From assembly GCF_009914755.1 (NCBI RefSeq), contig NC_060925.1: a DNA stretch of 64,000 nt. One strand, 5' to 3'. This document shows positions 1-12,585 of this stretch, piece by piece. The notes under the pieces were generated by a model. It had not been told where the DNA came from and ran no database searches. It worked only from the letters and a program-made list of their open reading frames with translations. Made by a program: the position numbers and the translations under genes. The DNA comes from the human T2T-CHM13v2.0 reference genome, Homo sapiens. The stretch's first letter is position 1, and each line of letters begins with the position of its first letter.

Positions 1-24
1 TGCACAATTTTGTGGGTAAACCTT

Positions 25-240
25 TGTGTTCTGGCTTGGGTTTGAAACTTAGCTTTGCTATTTTCTAGCCATATAATCTTGAGCAAATTGTATAACCTTT
101 CTGAACCTCAATTTCCTCATTTGTAAAATGGGAATAATTATAGTACCTCTCTCATAGGGTTGCTGTAGAAGGTAAAGGATGTAACAAGTGTCAAGCAGTT
201 AGCTTAGTGTCTGGTTCCCAGAAAGAACTTATTAAATGAG
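25..240 (+). mobile_element. MIR SINE relic
   Basis: MIR core-like 'cttgagcaaattgtataacctttctgaacctcaatttcctcatttgtaaaatgggaataattatagtacc'. Confidence 0.75.
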
Positions 241-284
241 GAAAAATAGATATTCATTGGGGCCTACTTATTTTGATTTTATCT

Positions 285-800
285 AACTTATTTATAAACA
301 TTTATTTGCAATGTGACAGGCATTGGATTAAGCACCAGGCATTAATTTATGAATAATTTAATGAGTAGCTAATTATGAATAATTCTGAGTAGCTTGGTAT
401 TTAGTGTAGTCAGTGGGGAGATTGTTACCTAAAAAGGCAACTGAAGTATAGAGCAGGAAGAGTTAAAATGGAGGTCTGTGCAGGTGTTATATGTGCAGTC
501 CAGTCTGAGGCCACAGAGAAGTTTCCTGGAGAAGCTGATGTCTAAAATAAATTTTGAAGGAGCTAAGGAGCTATCTGAATGAAGATATGTGTGTGGTTAG
601 GAATAGGGAGGAATATTCCAGACAGAGTACGGCAAAAGCAAAGATGTAGAGGTACGAAAGATGCACTTCATTTTTGGTTACAGGGAAGCCTAGATTCAGG
701 AAATAAGGGTGAAAATGTAGGTGAAGTTAGGTCATGAAGCCTTTATAGACTTGCACAAGGAGCCTGGGATTTATCTTATATACATATGAAAAATTTTAAA
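285..800 (-). mobile_element. L2 LINE 3' relic
   Basis: 'aaacatttatttgcaatgtgacaggcattgg' followed by purine-rich sequence typical of minus-strand L2; highly diverged. Confidence 0.5.
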
Positions 801-899
801 GTTAATAACATGTTAGATTTTCAATCTACAGGATGGACTCAAAGGGACAAGGTGACAAGACTGAAAGCACACTTTCAGGAACCACTGCAGGATAAATAT

Positions 900-930
900 A
901 CACACACACACAAACACACACACACACACA
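900..930. repeat. (CA)n microsatellite
   Basis: Interrupted CA run seen directly. Confidence 0.9.
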
Positions 931-934
931 TGCA

Positions 935-2640
935 TCGTATTAAAACTAATGAAAACCAGAGATTAGAGAAAATATTAAAAGCCAGAGAATAAAAATATAA
1001 TCCATTTTAAGAAGCAATAATAAAACTGAGAGCTAACTTCTCAACAAAAGCAATGGATGCCATATTGAAAACATTGAAAGAAAATAACTGCTGATCCATA
1101 ATTCTATGCCAGTAAATACATCATCCCAAAATGAAAATGAAATGAAGACATTTTGGTTTTTCTCCTCCTCCAACCTCCAGGTTACCCTAAATTATACTAA
1201 ATGTACACAAGTTAATATTTCAATTAAAACTGAAAATTATCACACTGGATGAATAAAATAAACATGATTCTATGTTCTTTATAAGAGCTACAACTTAAAT
1301 AAAGACACAAAATGATTGAAAGTAAAAGCATGAAAAATAATATGTTTTGTAAACACTAACCAAAAGAAAGCACCTGAAACTGTAACAATATCAGATAAAG
1401 TAGACTTGAAACCTAAAAGAATACTGGAGTTTAAAAAAGAATATTTTGAAGTGCCAAATGGTCAACCCATCAGGAAGATATAATAATTATAAAATTATAT
1501 GCACCACTAATATAAGTTTAAAATGTATGAAGAAAAAACTGACAAAAGTAAAAGGAGAAATAGACAAAGATACAATCATAGAGGAGTACTTAACAATGTT
1601 ATCTCAGAAATGAATGGAATAAACAGACAAAAATATCAGTAAGTATAGAGAAGATTTAAAAAACATGATTAAAAACTTGGAGATATAGATATATGGATTC
1701 ATAGAGATAATAGCTCTATATAGAGGTATCTATAAATATATAGAGATATAGATATATGAACAATATCAGAATACATATTTTTATAAGCATACATAGAACC
1801 TTAGCCAAAATTGACCATATGTTGGTTCATAAAATGCATTTTTTAAAAAGTCAAAGGACTGTAATAATTCAGGGTATACTTCTCAGGTCATAGTGAAATT
1901 AAGCTAGAAAAAAATAGCAGAAAGATAATTAGAAGTTTCTCAAATGTATATAGGAATTAAGAAATATTATTCAAAATAACCCTTAGTTCAAAAAAGACAT
2001 CTCTTTTTAAAAATTCTTAAGCATTATAAAATTAATAATTTTGAAGATATAAATTTGTGAGATACAACCAAAGCAATACTAGAGATAAATTTAAAGTTCT
2101 AAAATGCGTATAATTGGAAAAAGAAAGGCTAAAAACCAACATCTAAATAGCCTCTCAAAAAGATAGCAAAAGAACAGCAAATTAAATTAAAGGAAGTAGA
2201 AGGAAAGAAATTATAAAGTCAGGAAATAATGATATAGTGAAGGGTTCAAAAGAGATCATCAGCCATAGTCAAAAGTTGGTTCTTAGAGAAGTCTAACAAT
2301 ATTGATAAGTTCCTAGTAAGACTGATGAAGAAAAAAAGAGAGAAAAAAATAAATTGCCAATATCAAGAAAGAAAACAGGAGATATCACCGAGGGTCCTAC
2401 ACATAGTACAAGTATGAGGACTTTATTGTCAATTTATGATAATTGTGATTTAAAAATTTAGATGAAATAGACAAATTTTTAGAAAAATATAACTTACAAA
2501 AACTGACACAAGAAAAAATAGAAAGCCAGAATAATCTTACAACAATTAAGAAATGAATCTGTAATTTAAAACCTTTTTCACAAAGAAATCTCCAGGCCCA
2601 TATGACTTCAGTGGGAGTTCTTCTAAAACGTTAAAATAAT
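935..2640 (+). mobile_element. Ancient L1 (L1M/L1ME-like), ORF1 end and ORF2 endonuclease region, part 1
   Basis: A-rich degenerate L1 sequence ('aaacactaaccaaaagaaagc', 'tcagataaagtagactt', 'ttagatgaaatagacaaatt', 'ctccaggcccatatgacttcagtgg'); resumes colinearly at ~5960. Confidence 0.75.
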
Positions 2641-3310
2641 ACAGACTTCTGGTTTCTAGTCTGGCATGTAAGAAGATTTAAAGTTTCCACTTCATCCTAA
2701 CAAGTAAAATGATGAACAAAGTGAAAAATCAAAAACTTTTCCTAGATTCATCAGAGATATAAAGTCACAGGGCAAACCACTGTCCCTCAGTTTGGAGAGA
2801 CAGACAGGTGGAAACAAAGAATTATAACTTCCTGGAGCAGAAACCTCCATGGGAACAAGTTCTAGGGCAGAAAAACAAAAACAAAAACAACCAAAACTAT
2901 AACTGACAAATTGCTGGAGGCTCAGTATGGACAAGAGCTTAAAACTTCAGGGGAACCCAGGCTTTTTTGAGTTTTAACTCCCGGAGCTCTACAGGTCATT
3001 ACAGTGAATATTGGAGAAAAGTCCCCTTGTGCTTCCAGAAGAAGGAAGAGAAAAGTAACCATTTTGAAATATGCCAGAGCATTCTGTTCTCAATAAGGCC
3101 CACCCTCAGGAGAAAATATTTTATCAGAGCCTCTCTTACCATGTGTTTTCAACATTATACTACAAGTCCTAGCTAATGCAAGAAGGCAAGAAGAAAAAAT
3201 AAAAAGCATACAGACCGGGAAGGAATAAATAAGACTGTCTTTGTTTGCAGATGACATCATTCTCTATCCATCATCCAAAAGAATTGACAAAAAAAGAGAA
3301 AACCTCCTGA

Positions 3311-3621
<311 letters not shown>

Positions 3622-4295
3622 GCCTCCTGAAAATAATCAGTAATCATAGCAAGGTTGGAGGATACAAGGTTAATATATAAAACTCAATCGCTTTCCTAAA
3701 TACTAGCAATTAATAAGTGGAATTTAAAATTAAACACATATTATCATTTACTTAGCACCCCTCAAAATTAAATACTTAGTTATAAATCCGATAAAATATG
3801 TACAAGATTTCTATGAGGAAAACTACAAAACTCTGATGAAAGGTATCAAATAATTAAATAAATGGTGAAATAGTCCATGTTTATGGATAGGAAGAGTCAA
3901 TATTTTCAAGATGCCAGTTCTTTCTGACTTGATGTATAGCTTCAGTGCAACCCCAATCAAAATCTCAGCAAGTTATTTGGGTGGCTATTGATAAACTAAA
4001 GTTTATGTGAAGTTTAAAGTTTATATGAAGAGGCAAAATTTATGTAAAGAGGCAAAAGACCTGGAAGAGCCAATTCAATGTTGAAAGGAGAAGAGAATGC
4101 TAGAGGACTGACACACTACCCTACTTCAAGACTTACTATATACCTGTAGTAATTAAGATAGTGTGTTATTCACATAACAAGAGACAAATCAGTAGACAAG
4201 AATAGAAAGCACACAAATAGAGTCTCATATAAGTATAGTCACTGATCTTCGACAAAGGAGCAAAAGCAATGAAATGGAACAAAGACAGTGTTTTC

Positions 4296-4555
4296 TTTCT
4301 TTCTTTCTTTTTCTTTGGAAGTGTTTAAGAGTCTGTATTTATTGATAAATTTCTGACCAGAGAAGTTAGAGACATTTACCCTTCTACAAGTAATTGTTGC
4401 AGTATATCCTCAAAAAATATTTGAAATGTTTGCTATTTTGGTAGGTACAAAGCATACCTTATTTTTTAAGATTACACTCAACTACTAATGAAGTTAATTT
4501 TTTTACATATTAATCCACTTGCATTTTCTATGTAAACTGTTAATATCTTTTTTTT
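4296..4555 (-). pseudogene. Short 5'-truncated retrocopy of an unidentified polyadenylated RNA 3' end
   Basis: 15-bp TSD aaagacagtgttttc (4281-4295, 4556-4570); T-rich tail to 4316; minus-strand AATAAA at 4338-4343; interrupts L1 ORF2. Confidence 0.75.
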
Positions 4556-6485
4556 AAAGACAGTGTTTTCAATAAGTGGTGGTGTAATAACTGGACATCC
4601 ACATGCAAAGAAAAAATGAACCTAGACACAGACCTTACACCCTTCACAAAAATTTACTCAAAATGGATCACAGACCTAAATGTAAACCACAAAGTTACAA
4701 AACTCTTAGAAGATAATAGAGGAGAAAATATAGATAACCTTGAGTATGGCAATGACTTTTTAGATACAACACCAAAGGTATGGTCCATGAAAGAAATAAT
4801 TGGTATGCTGGACTTTATTAAAAGTAAAAACTTCTGCTCTGCAGAAGACAATGTCAATAGAATAAGAAGAAAAGCCACAGGATGGGAGAAAAATAGCTGC
4901 AAAAGACAAATCTGGTAAAGAATTGTTATTCAAAATTTATGAAGAACTCTTAGAACTCAAGAATAAGAAACAAACCACCAGATATTAAAATGGGCCAAAG
5001 ACCATAACAGACATCTCACCAAAGAAGATAAACAGAAGGCAAGTAAGCATATGAAAAGATGTTCAACATCATATGTCTGTAGGGAATTGTAAATTAAAAA
5101 ATAAAATACCATTACACACCTATTAGAATGGCCAAAATTCAAAAACACCTTCAATACCAAATACTGGTGAGGATGTAGAACAACAGAAACTCATTTATTG
5201 CTGATGGGAATGCAAACTGATACAACCACTTAGGAAGAGGGTTGTCAATTTCTTACAAAATTAGTCCCACTCTTATCCTATGATCCAACACTCACGCTCT
5301 GGTATTTACCCACATGAATTGAATACTTATGTTAACACAAAAACCTGCACACAGGGTGTTTTTATTAGCTTTATTCCTAATTGCCAAAACCTGAAAGCAA
5401 CCAAGATTTTCTTTAGTGGATGAATAGTTAAGTAAACTGTGATACATCCAAACCGTGGAATATTATTCAGTACTCAAGAAATGAACTATGAAGCCACGAA
5501 AAAAATGGAAGAAACTTAAATGCAAATTATTAACTGAAAGAAGTCAATCTCAAAGTGCTATGTCCTGTATGATTTCAACCATATAACATTAGCAAAATTA
5601 TAAAAACAATTAAAAGTTAGTGGTTGCCAGGGGTTAGGAGGAAGAAAGGAATGAATAGACAAAGCACAGAGGTTTTTAGGACAGTGAAACTATTCTGTAT
5701 GATACTACAATGGCAGATACATGTCATTATACATTTGTCAAAGCCCATGGAATGTACAACATCAAAAGTGAACCATAGACTTTGGGCAATAATGATATGT
5801 CAATGTAGGTTCATCAGTTATAGCAAAGATACCACTCTAGATGTGATTTCAATAGTGGGGAAGGTTGTGCATGTGAGGAACATGAGCACTGTCTGTACTT
5901 TCCACTCAATTTTGCTGTAAACATGAAAGTACTCTAAGAATAAAATTTATTAATTACAAAAGAAATACTACTAATGTTACATAAACTCTTCAGGAAAATA
6001 GGAAAAGAGTGACCACATCCCAATTTTTTATATTCCCAGTATAATATTGATACTATAACCTGGCAAAGATATTGCAAGAAAAGAAACATATCAGTCAATT
6101 ATAAATTTAGATACAAAAGTTCCAAATAAAATGCTATTAAATATTGTATAAAAATAAGATTTTTATATCCAAGTTATGTTTAATCCTGGGAAACAAAGTT
6201 GACTTATATATATAAATCAACCAATTTGTTTCCCAATAATAATAGAAAAAAGGGAGAAAATATTATAATTATCACAATAGATGCAGAAATGTTACTTAAC
6301 AAAATTCAACACCATTCATGATTTAAAAAAAAACTTCAAAGAGCTTACCATCACCATTTCAACATTGTGTTGAATGCCTTCATTAGTACAATAAGACAAG
6401 AAAAAAGACAAAGAAAGAAAGAAAACCCTTGTTTTTCAGAGACGTTATGATCATGTGTATAGAAAATCCAAAAGAATCTCAGATA

Positions 6486-6780
6486 GACCAGGCACGGTGG
6501 CTCACACCTGTAATCCCAGCACTTTGGGAGGCCGAGGCGGGCAGATCATGAGGTCAGGAGATCAAGACCATCCTGGTTAACACGGTGAAACCCCGTCTGT
6601 ACTAAAAATATAAAAAGTTAGCCAGGTGTGGTGGTGGGTGCCTGTAGTCTCAGCTACTCAGGAGGCTGAGGCAGGAGAATGGCGTGAACCCAGGAGGTGG
6701 AGCTTGCAGTGAGCCAAGATCGTGCCACTGCACTCCAGCCTGGGCAACAGAGTGAGACTCCATCTCCAAAAAAAAAAAAA
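6486..6780 (+). mobile_element. AluY-like
   Basis: Diagnostic 'gagatcaagaccatcctgg', 'ggagaatggcgtgaacc', 'gagcttgcagtg'; TSD aaaagaatctcagata. Confidence 0.95.
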
Positions 6781-6990
6781 GAATCTCAGATAAAAGATTA
6801 GAATTAAATATTAATTTATCAAGTCTATTGGATATAAAATGAATATATAAAAATATGTTTAATTTCTTTATATCAACAACAAAAAATTAGAAAACAAAGA
6901 TTTACAAAATAACTGTGAAAGCAGCAATTACCTAGGAATAAGTCTATATTGCCAAGATCAATTACAGAAAATTTACATAAAGAAAAAGAT

Positions 6991-7133
6991 AGTCACAGCT
7001 ACTCGGGAGGCTGAGGCAGGAAAATCGATCACTTGAACCTGGGAGACAGAGGTTGCAGTGAGCCAAGATTGTGCCACTGCACTCCAGCCTGCGCGACAGA
7101 GTGAGACTCCCTATAAAAAAAAAAAAAAAAAAA
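6991..7133 (+). mobile_element. 5'-truncated Alu (right arm)
   Basis: Starts at 'agtcacagctactcgggaggctgagg'; poly(A) tail. Confidence 0.9.
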
Positions 7134-7535
7134 CAGATATACCATATTCATAGATTAGAAAATTTAGTATTGTAAAGATGTGTATTTTTTATAAACTGAT
7201 CTGCATGTTTAGTACAATCTCAATTAAAATAAAAATCTCAAGCAGTTTGTGTGTATGTGTGTGTGTCTGTGTGTGTGTAAATTGACAAGCTAATTTTAAA
7301 ATCTATATGGAGATTCAAGAATAGCCAAAATAATCTTAAAGATGAACAAAGTTGAACACTTATACCACCAGAAATTGGGATATATTATAAAGATACTTAG
7401 AATTTATTTGGTTTATTTTATTATATTAATTTTAAAAATTTGAAGGTAGAGATCAGGAGGAATAAACAATAAGAAAAAGTAACTTGCTTTAGTAATTATT
7501 AAGTCAAGGATTACCATTAAAGAAAAACCATGTTC

Positions 7536-7886
7536 TGGAATACTATGCAGCCATACAAAGGAATGAGGTCATGTCCTTTGCAGGGACATGGATGAAGCTG
7601 GAAGCCATCATCCTAGGCAAACTAAGAAAGGAACAGAAAACCAAACACCACATGTTTTCACTCATAAGTGGGAGTTGAACAATGAGAACACATGGACGCA
7701 GAGAGGGGGACAACACATGCCAGGGCCTGTTGGGTGAGGTATGAGGGAAGGGAAGTTAGAGGACAGGTCAATAGGTGCAGCAAACCACCATGGCACACGT
7801 ATACCTATGTAACAAACCTGCACGTTCTGCACATGTATCCTGTTTTTTTTTTTTTATAGGAAATGAAGAAAAAAAATTTTTTAAAC
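7536..7886 (+). mobile_element. L1PA 3' end (L1PA8A-like), ~350 bp
   Basis: ORF2 C-terminus/3'UTR with 'ttagaggacaggtcaataggtgcagc...atgtatcctg(T)n..gaaatgaag(A)n'; flanked by aaccatgttc. Confidence 0.85.
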
Positions 7887-7896
7887 AACCATGTTC

Positions 7897-9177
7897 TAGC
7901 CATATGCAGAAAATTGAAACTGGACCCCTCCCTTACACCTTATACAAAAACTAACTCAAGATGGGTTAAAGACTTCAATGTAAAACCCAAAACTATAAAA
8001 ACCTTAGAAGAAAATCTAGGCAATACCATTCAGGGCATAGGCACAGGCAAAGATTTCATGACAAAAATGTCAAAACCAATTGCAACAAAAGCAAAATTTG
8101 ACAAATGGGATCTAATTAAACTAAAGAGCTTCTGCACAGCAAAGGAAACTATCATCAGAGCAAACAGACAACCTACAGAATGAGAGAAAATTTTTCCAAT
8201 CTATCCATCTGACAAAGGTCTAATATTCAGAGTCTACAAGGAGCTTAAACAAACTTACACACAAAAAATATGAACAACCCCATTAAAAAGTAGTCAAAGG
8301 ACATGAACAGACATTTCTCAAAAGAAGACAATTACGTGGCCTAAAAACATATTTAAAAAACCTCAGCATCAATGACCATTAGAGAAATGTAAATCAAAAC
8401 CACAATGATATACTATCTCACTCTAGTCAGATGGTGCTTACTAAAAAGTCAAGACACAACAGATGCTGGTGAAGCTGTGGAGAGATAGGAATGCTTTTAC
8501 ACTGTTGGTGGGAATGTAAATTAGTTCAACCATTGTGAAAGACAATGTGATAATTCCTCAAAGATCTAGAAGCAGAAATACTATTTGACCCAGCAATCCC
8601 ATTACTAGATATATACCCAAAGGAATACAAATCATTCTATTGTAAGGACACATGCACAAGTATGTTCATTGCAGTACTATTCACAATAGCAAAGACATGG
8701 AATCAACCCAAATGTCCATAATGATAGACTGGATTAAGGAAACCCTAGAAGAAAATTGAGGCAATACCATTCAGGGCATAAGCATATTACAGGAATATTA
8801 TGCAGCCATAAAAAGGAATGAGATAATGTACTTGCAGGGACATGAATGGAGCTGGAAGCCATTATCATCAGCAAACTAACACAGGAAAAGAAAACCAAAC
8901 ACCACATGTTCTCACTCATAAGTGGGAACTGAACAATGAGAATGAGAACACATGGACACAGAGAGGGAACGACACACACTGGGGCCTGTTGAGGAAGGGG
9001 GTTCAGCGGGAGGGAGAGCATCAGGAAAAACAGCTAATGCATGCTGGGCTTAATACACAAGTGATAGGTTGATAGGTGCAGCAAACCACCATGGCACACA
9101 TTTACCTATGTAACAAACCTGCAGGTCCTGCACATATACCTCAGAACTTAAAATAAAATAAAATAAAATTTAAAAAG
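7897..9177 (+). mobile_element. 5'-truncated L1PA (about L1PA10-12), ~1.3 kb
   Basis: ORF 7863..8183 = ORF2 ([11 protein letters not shown]...[14 protein letters not shown]); 3'UTR and (AAAAT)n tail; flanked by aaccatgttc. Confidence 0.9.
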
Positions 9178-9834
9178 AACCATGTTCAGAAGGGGAGAGG
9201 AGTAATTAGATTACTGGAGATTAAAATATTAATTTGTGGTAAAATACACAAAGCAGCTTTTCTGAAAAAAAAAATGGTGAGAAAGGAAAAAGAAAAACAG
9301 GATTTTTTTGTAACGGGAAGTAGGATCAGGAGAAGAGTTTGGTTTTCTAGAATGGAGGATACTAAGTCATAATTTTAGGTAGAGTCATTCAGAGTGGAAC
9401 GTGAAAAGAAAATGAATAATTGATACGACTAGGTCTAACAGAGATAAAAGGGCATGTGATTAAATGCACAAGCCTAAGAAAATGGGGGAGATTCTTTATC
9501 CTCTAAGATAGTGGAAAGAAGCAGACAGAGAGAGGTAAGCAGATACAGACACTTTGAAATCAAGAGTAAATTGGCATCCTTATATTGGATGGCCTGAAAA
9601 AAATTAGATAAAAGCGTAATAGAGTGCATAATAGTTTCTCAGTAAATATGTATTGAACTAATGAGTGAAACACTTATAAATTACTAATGCATAAATAAAT
9701 TTAAGTCATCTATAGTTAAAAAGGAGACAGTGGTTGGTTAAGGCAAAATACAGATACAAGGAAAGTATAAATTTTAGGTATGCAACAGGGTGTTGATTGG
9801 AAGAATTGCTAAGTTTCTGTTTATTTTGACAATG

Positions 9835-10505
9835 GTATGGTAGTACTGCCTTGTCATCACTAAAATCCACTATGTTTTCTCCTGAGCATACACTAGATCA
9901 CATCTCCTTGCCTTCCTAGGCAAAGATGCCTTTGGCTGCTTTCTGGCCAAAGCCATGTGGTGAGAATAATGCATGCCATTTACAGAATGAACCTACAAAA
10001 ATCTCCCGTGTGATCCTCTACTTCTTGCCTTCCTTCATTTGACAGCCCAAAGCCAAGAACCTAGCAGACAATTCTGCTGTAGGGCCCTAGGAAAGGACTT
10101 GGCAAACCTTTTCTTAAGGGCAAGATGGTAAATATTTTAGGCTTTGTAGACTAAGAAGCAAAATCAAGGATATTATGTGTTATTTTATAACCATTTAAAA
10201 ACACAGCCATTTAAACAGATAAAAACCATTTTTGGCTCATGGGCTGTAAAAAAAAGGAAAAAAAAAAAGCTGGAACAGGCCAATTTGGCCCATGGGCCAT
10301 CATTTGCTGCTTTCCATTCAAGGCAGTAATGGAGAACCATGCTGGGAGGAGCCTGGGTCTCTGAATGATTGTGTGGAACACAGAGCTTATACCCTACTCA
10401 CTATTGACTGGACTTTAGATAGGTTAGAAATAAACTTCTGTTATGCTAAGCCCCTGAAATTTAAATGGTGTTCATTATAGCAGTCAGCCAATCCTGAATG
10501 ACAAA
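9835..10505 (+). mobile_element. MaLR LTR (MLT1J/I-like) interrupted by MER58
   Basis: 'ggaggagcctgggtctctgaatgattgtgtggaacacag', 'gaaataaacttctgttatgctaagcccctgaaattt'. Confidence 0.65.
10093..10315. mobile_element. MER58 (C-like) hAT-Charlie non-autonomous DNA element
   Basis: 'ggcaaaccttttcttaagggcaagatggtaaatattttaggctttg' ... 'atttggcccatgggccatcatttgc'. Confidence 0.75.
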
Positions 10506-10557
10506 AAAGGTTAGAGACATTTGGAAGATAAAGAGGAAGGTGTGCCTTAAAATACAA

Positions 10558-10805
10558 TTTAATATTTATTGATCATTTGCTATGTGCCAGGCCCTGTACT
10601 AAGGGTTTTGCATGCATTATCACATTTAACATTCACAAAAAATAAGAGGTAGGTATTATTATCATATGCATTTTATAGGTGAAGAAAATAGGAGTTAAAG
10701 GAATTACTCAAGTTGTAGAGCTAAAAAGTGGTAAACTTGGATTCAAATCTAAGTTGCTTTGGCTCCAAAGCTTGTTCTCCTTAACAGCATACTATGCTGT
10801 CTCCT
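10558..10805 (-). mobile_element. MIR
   Basis: 'atttattgatcatttgctatgtgccaggccctgtactaag...gaggtaggtattattatc..ttttataggtgaagaaa'. Confidence 0.8.
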
Positions 10806-12421
10806 AGAAATAAAATGAATTGTAAGAGAATCTACTGTGTATATCTAAATTCTGTTTACTTAATTATTTACTCAATCATTCATAATTTATAACTTGTCTA
10901 GTTCCAAGAATGACTCAAGTTTTTATTTAGAAGAATGTAAACAAACTGATCCAAAATTCCAATTAGGAAACTAATACATGGTTGTAAACCCTAGAGAAAA
11001 TTCCTCCTGGAAGCTAGTTATTGCTAGAGTAAATAGCAGAGATCTTTGAGCAGTAAAATTCCATGCACTAAAGTCCAACAAGCCTCTCTCAGATTCTTAT
11101 CTCTCTGATTCTTCCCACAGTTATAACAAATTTGCTTATCTGGTTTAAAGCCCAAAGCAGTATGTTCTCAGGTGCATGAGAGGCTACCAAAAATTATCAC
11201 ACTATTCATGATAGGACCTCATAGGTGACATATCATTTATACCACCACTGCCCCCAGAATACCAATGTGTACTTGCTGGGGTCATTTGATGGCCCATGCC
11301 CTTTAGTAGCCCCTAGGGTAATCACTGTATTATCAGGAACTGTACAATAATTGATGTTCATAATGAAGCTTGATCATTCAAATGATGTGAAAACATCTAT
11401 AAACTACTTGAGTTAAATATATATATCTATGTATAAAATCAAGTATCTTGCCAAATATTATCAATTTAAAACTAGGATTGTGCTTTTTAAAATATAGATA
11501 CTAATTGTCTGAAAAAACTCATGTATTTGATCCTTTTCATCTTCTCAAATGTGTAATAAACAAGGTAAGATCATGAAGGGTAGAAAATATCTGCTGGCAA
11601 ACTCTGAACTTAAATATGACTCCTGCTAAAATGAAATGTGTAGTCCTTATTGTCTGAGGAATATTGGAAACACATAAAGTTTGGGGGTGAGAGGAGATGT
11701 GTACAAAACCAAATCTATCTTCTTTAATGTAGTATATAAACTTCCCACAGCTAGCAATCCTGATTATTCAATTTTCTGAAATAAATTTGGACTTCAGCTA
11801 CCCAGATACCTTGGATAAAGGTAGTCTTTGGAAAACTGTGACAACAAAGTATTTTTCAGGCTTCAATATACTGGATAATCGGTATATATGGAACCAAAAA
11901 AAGGGATGAAAGAGGAAATTCACATGGCCTCACACAGGTGTACTTTAAATTCCTCTCTTATGTGTTTAAACTACTGGGATGTGGGGATGTATGTACACTG
12001 TGTCAACCAACACACTGCCCCTTGGCTTATGGTTACAGTCCTAATGCGGAAGAGAGAATGGCCTAATGGGTTTGCCTTTGACAGAGTTTTTCAAAACTAG
12101 AATTATTCAAAACACAATACTAACAACATTTATTATAAAGAATACCTCTGAATAGTAGTATAAAGAGGCAAAGTAGTATGAAGTGAAAGCGATGAAGAGA
12201 AAATCCATGGAGGCTTTTTTAACCAAATTTAGGAAAGCCTCTGCTCCTCTTCATGCCTCAGTTTCCTCATCTATTAAAGAAATGGGTTAGATATGATAGC
12301 CTCTATTGGCCCTTCCAGGTCTGACATGCCAAAAATTCTCTATTGCTCCTCACATTACCCTAATCTGGGAGCTCAAGGAGTACCTCTGGCTTAATTAACC
12401 ATGCAGATAATTGTGTGCTCT

Positions 12422-12585
12422 AGCTGGGCTCAGTGGTGCACCTGACTTGGGAGGCTGAGATGGGAGGATCGCTTGAGGCTGAGAGTTGAATAGTGCAGTG
12501 AGCTATGATCACACCTGTGAATAGCCACTGCACTCCAACCTGAGCAACATAGTGAGATCTCATCTCTAAATAATAATAATAATAG
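12422..12585 (+). mobile_element. Fossil Alu monomer (FAM-like)
   Basis: Monomer retaining the 7SL-like segment 'gagctatgatcacacctgtgaatagccactgcactcc'; (AAT)n tail. Confidence 0.8.

Larger units (their letters stand above)
5956..7400 (+). mobile_element. Ancient L1 ORF2, part 2 (continuation of 935-2640)
   Basis: 'cataaactcttcaggaaaatagg', 'aatagatgcagaaa..aaaattcaacacc', 'aaattgacaagctaattttaaaat' match degenerate ORF2 in order. Confidence 0.7.
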
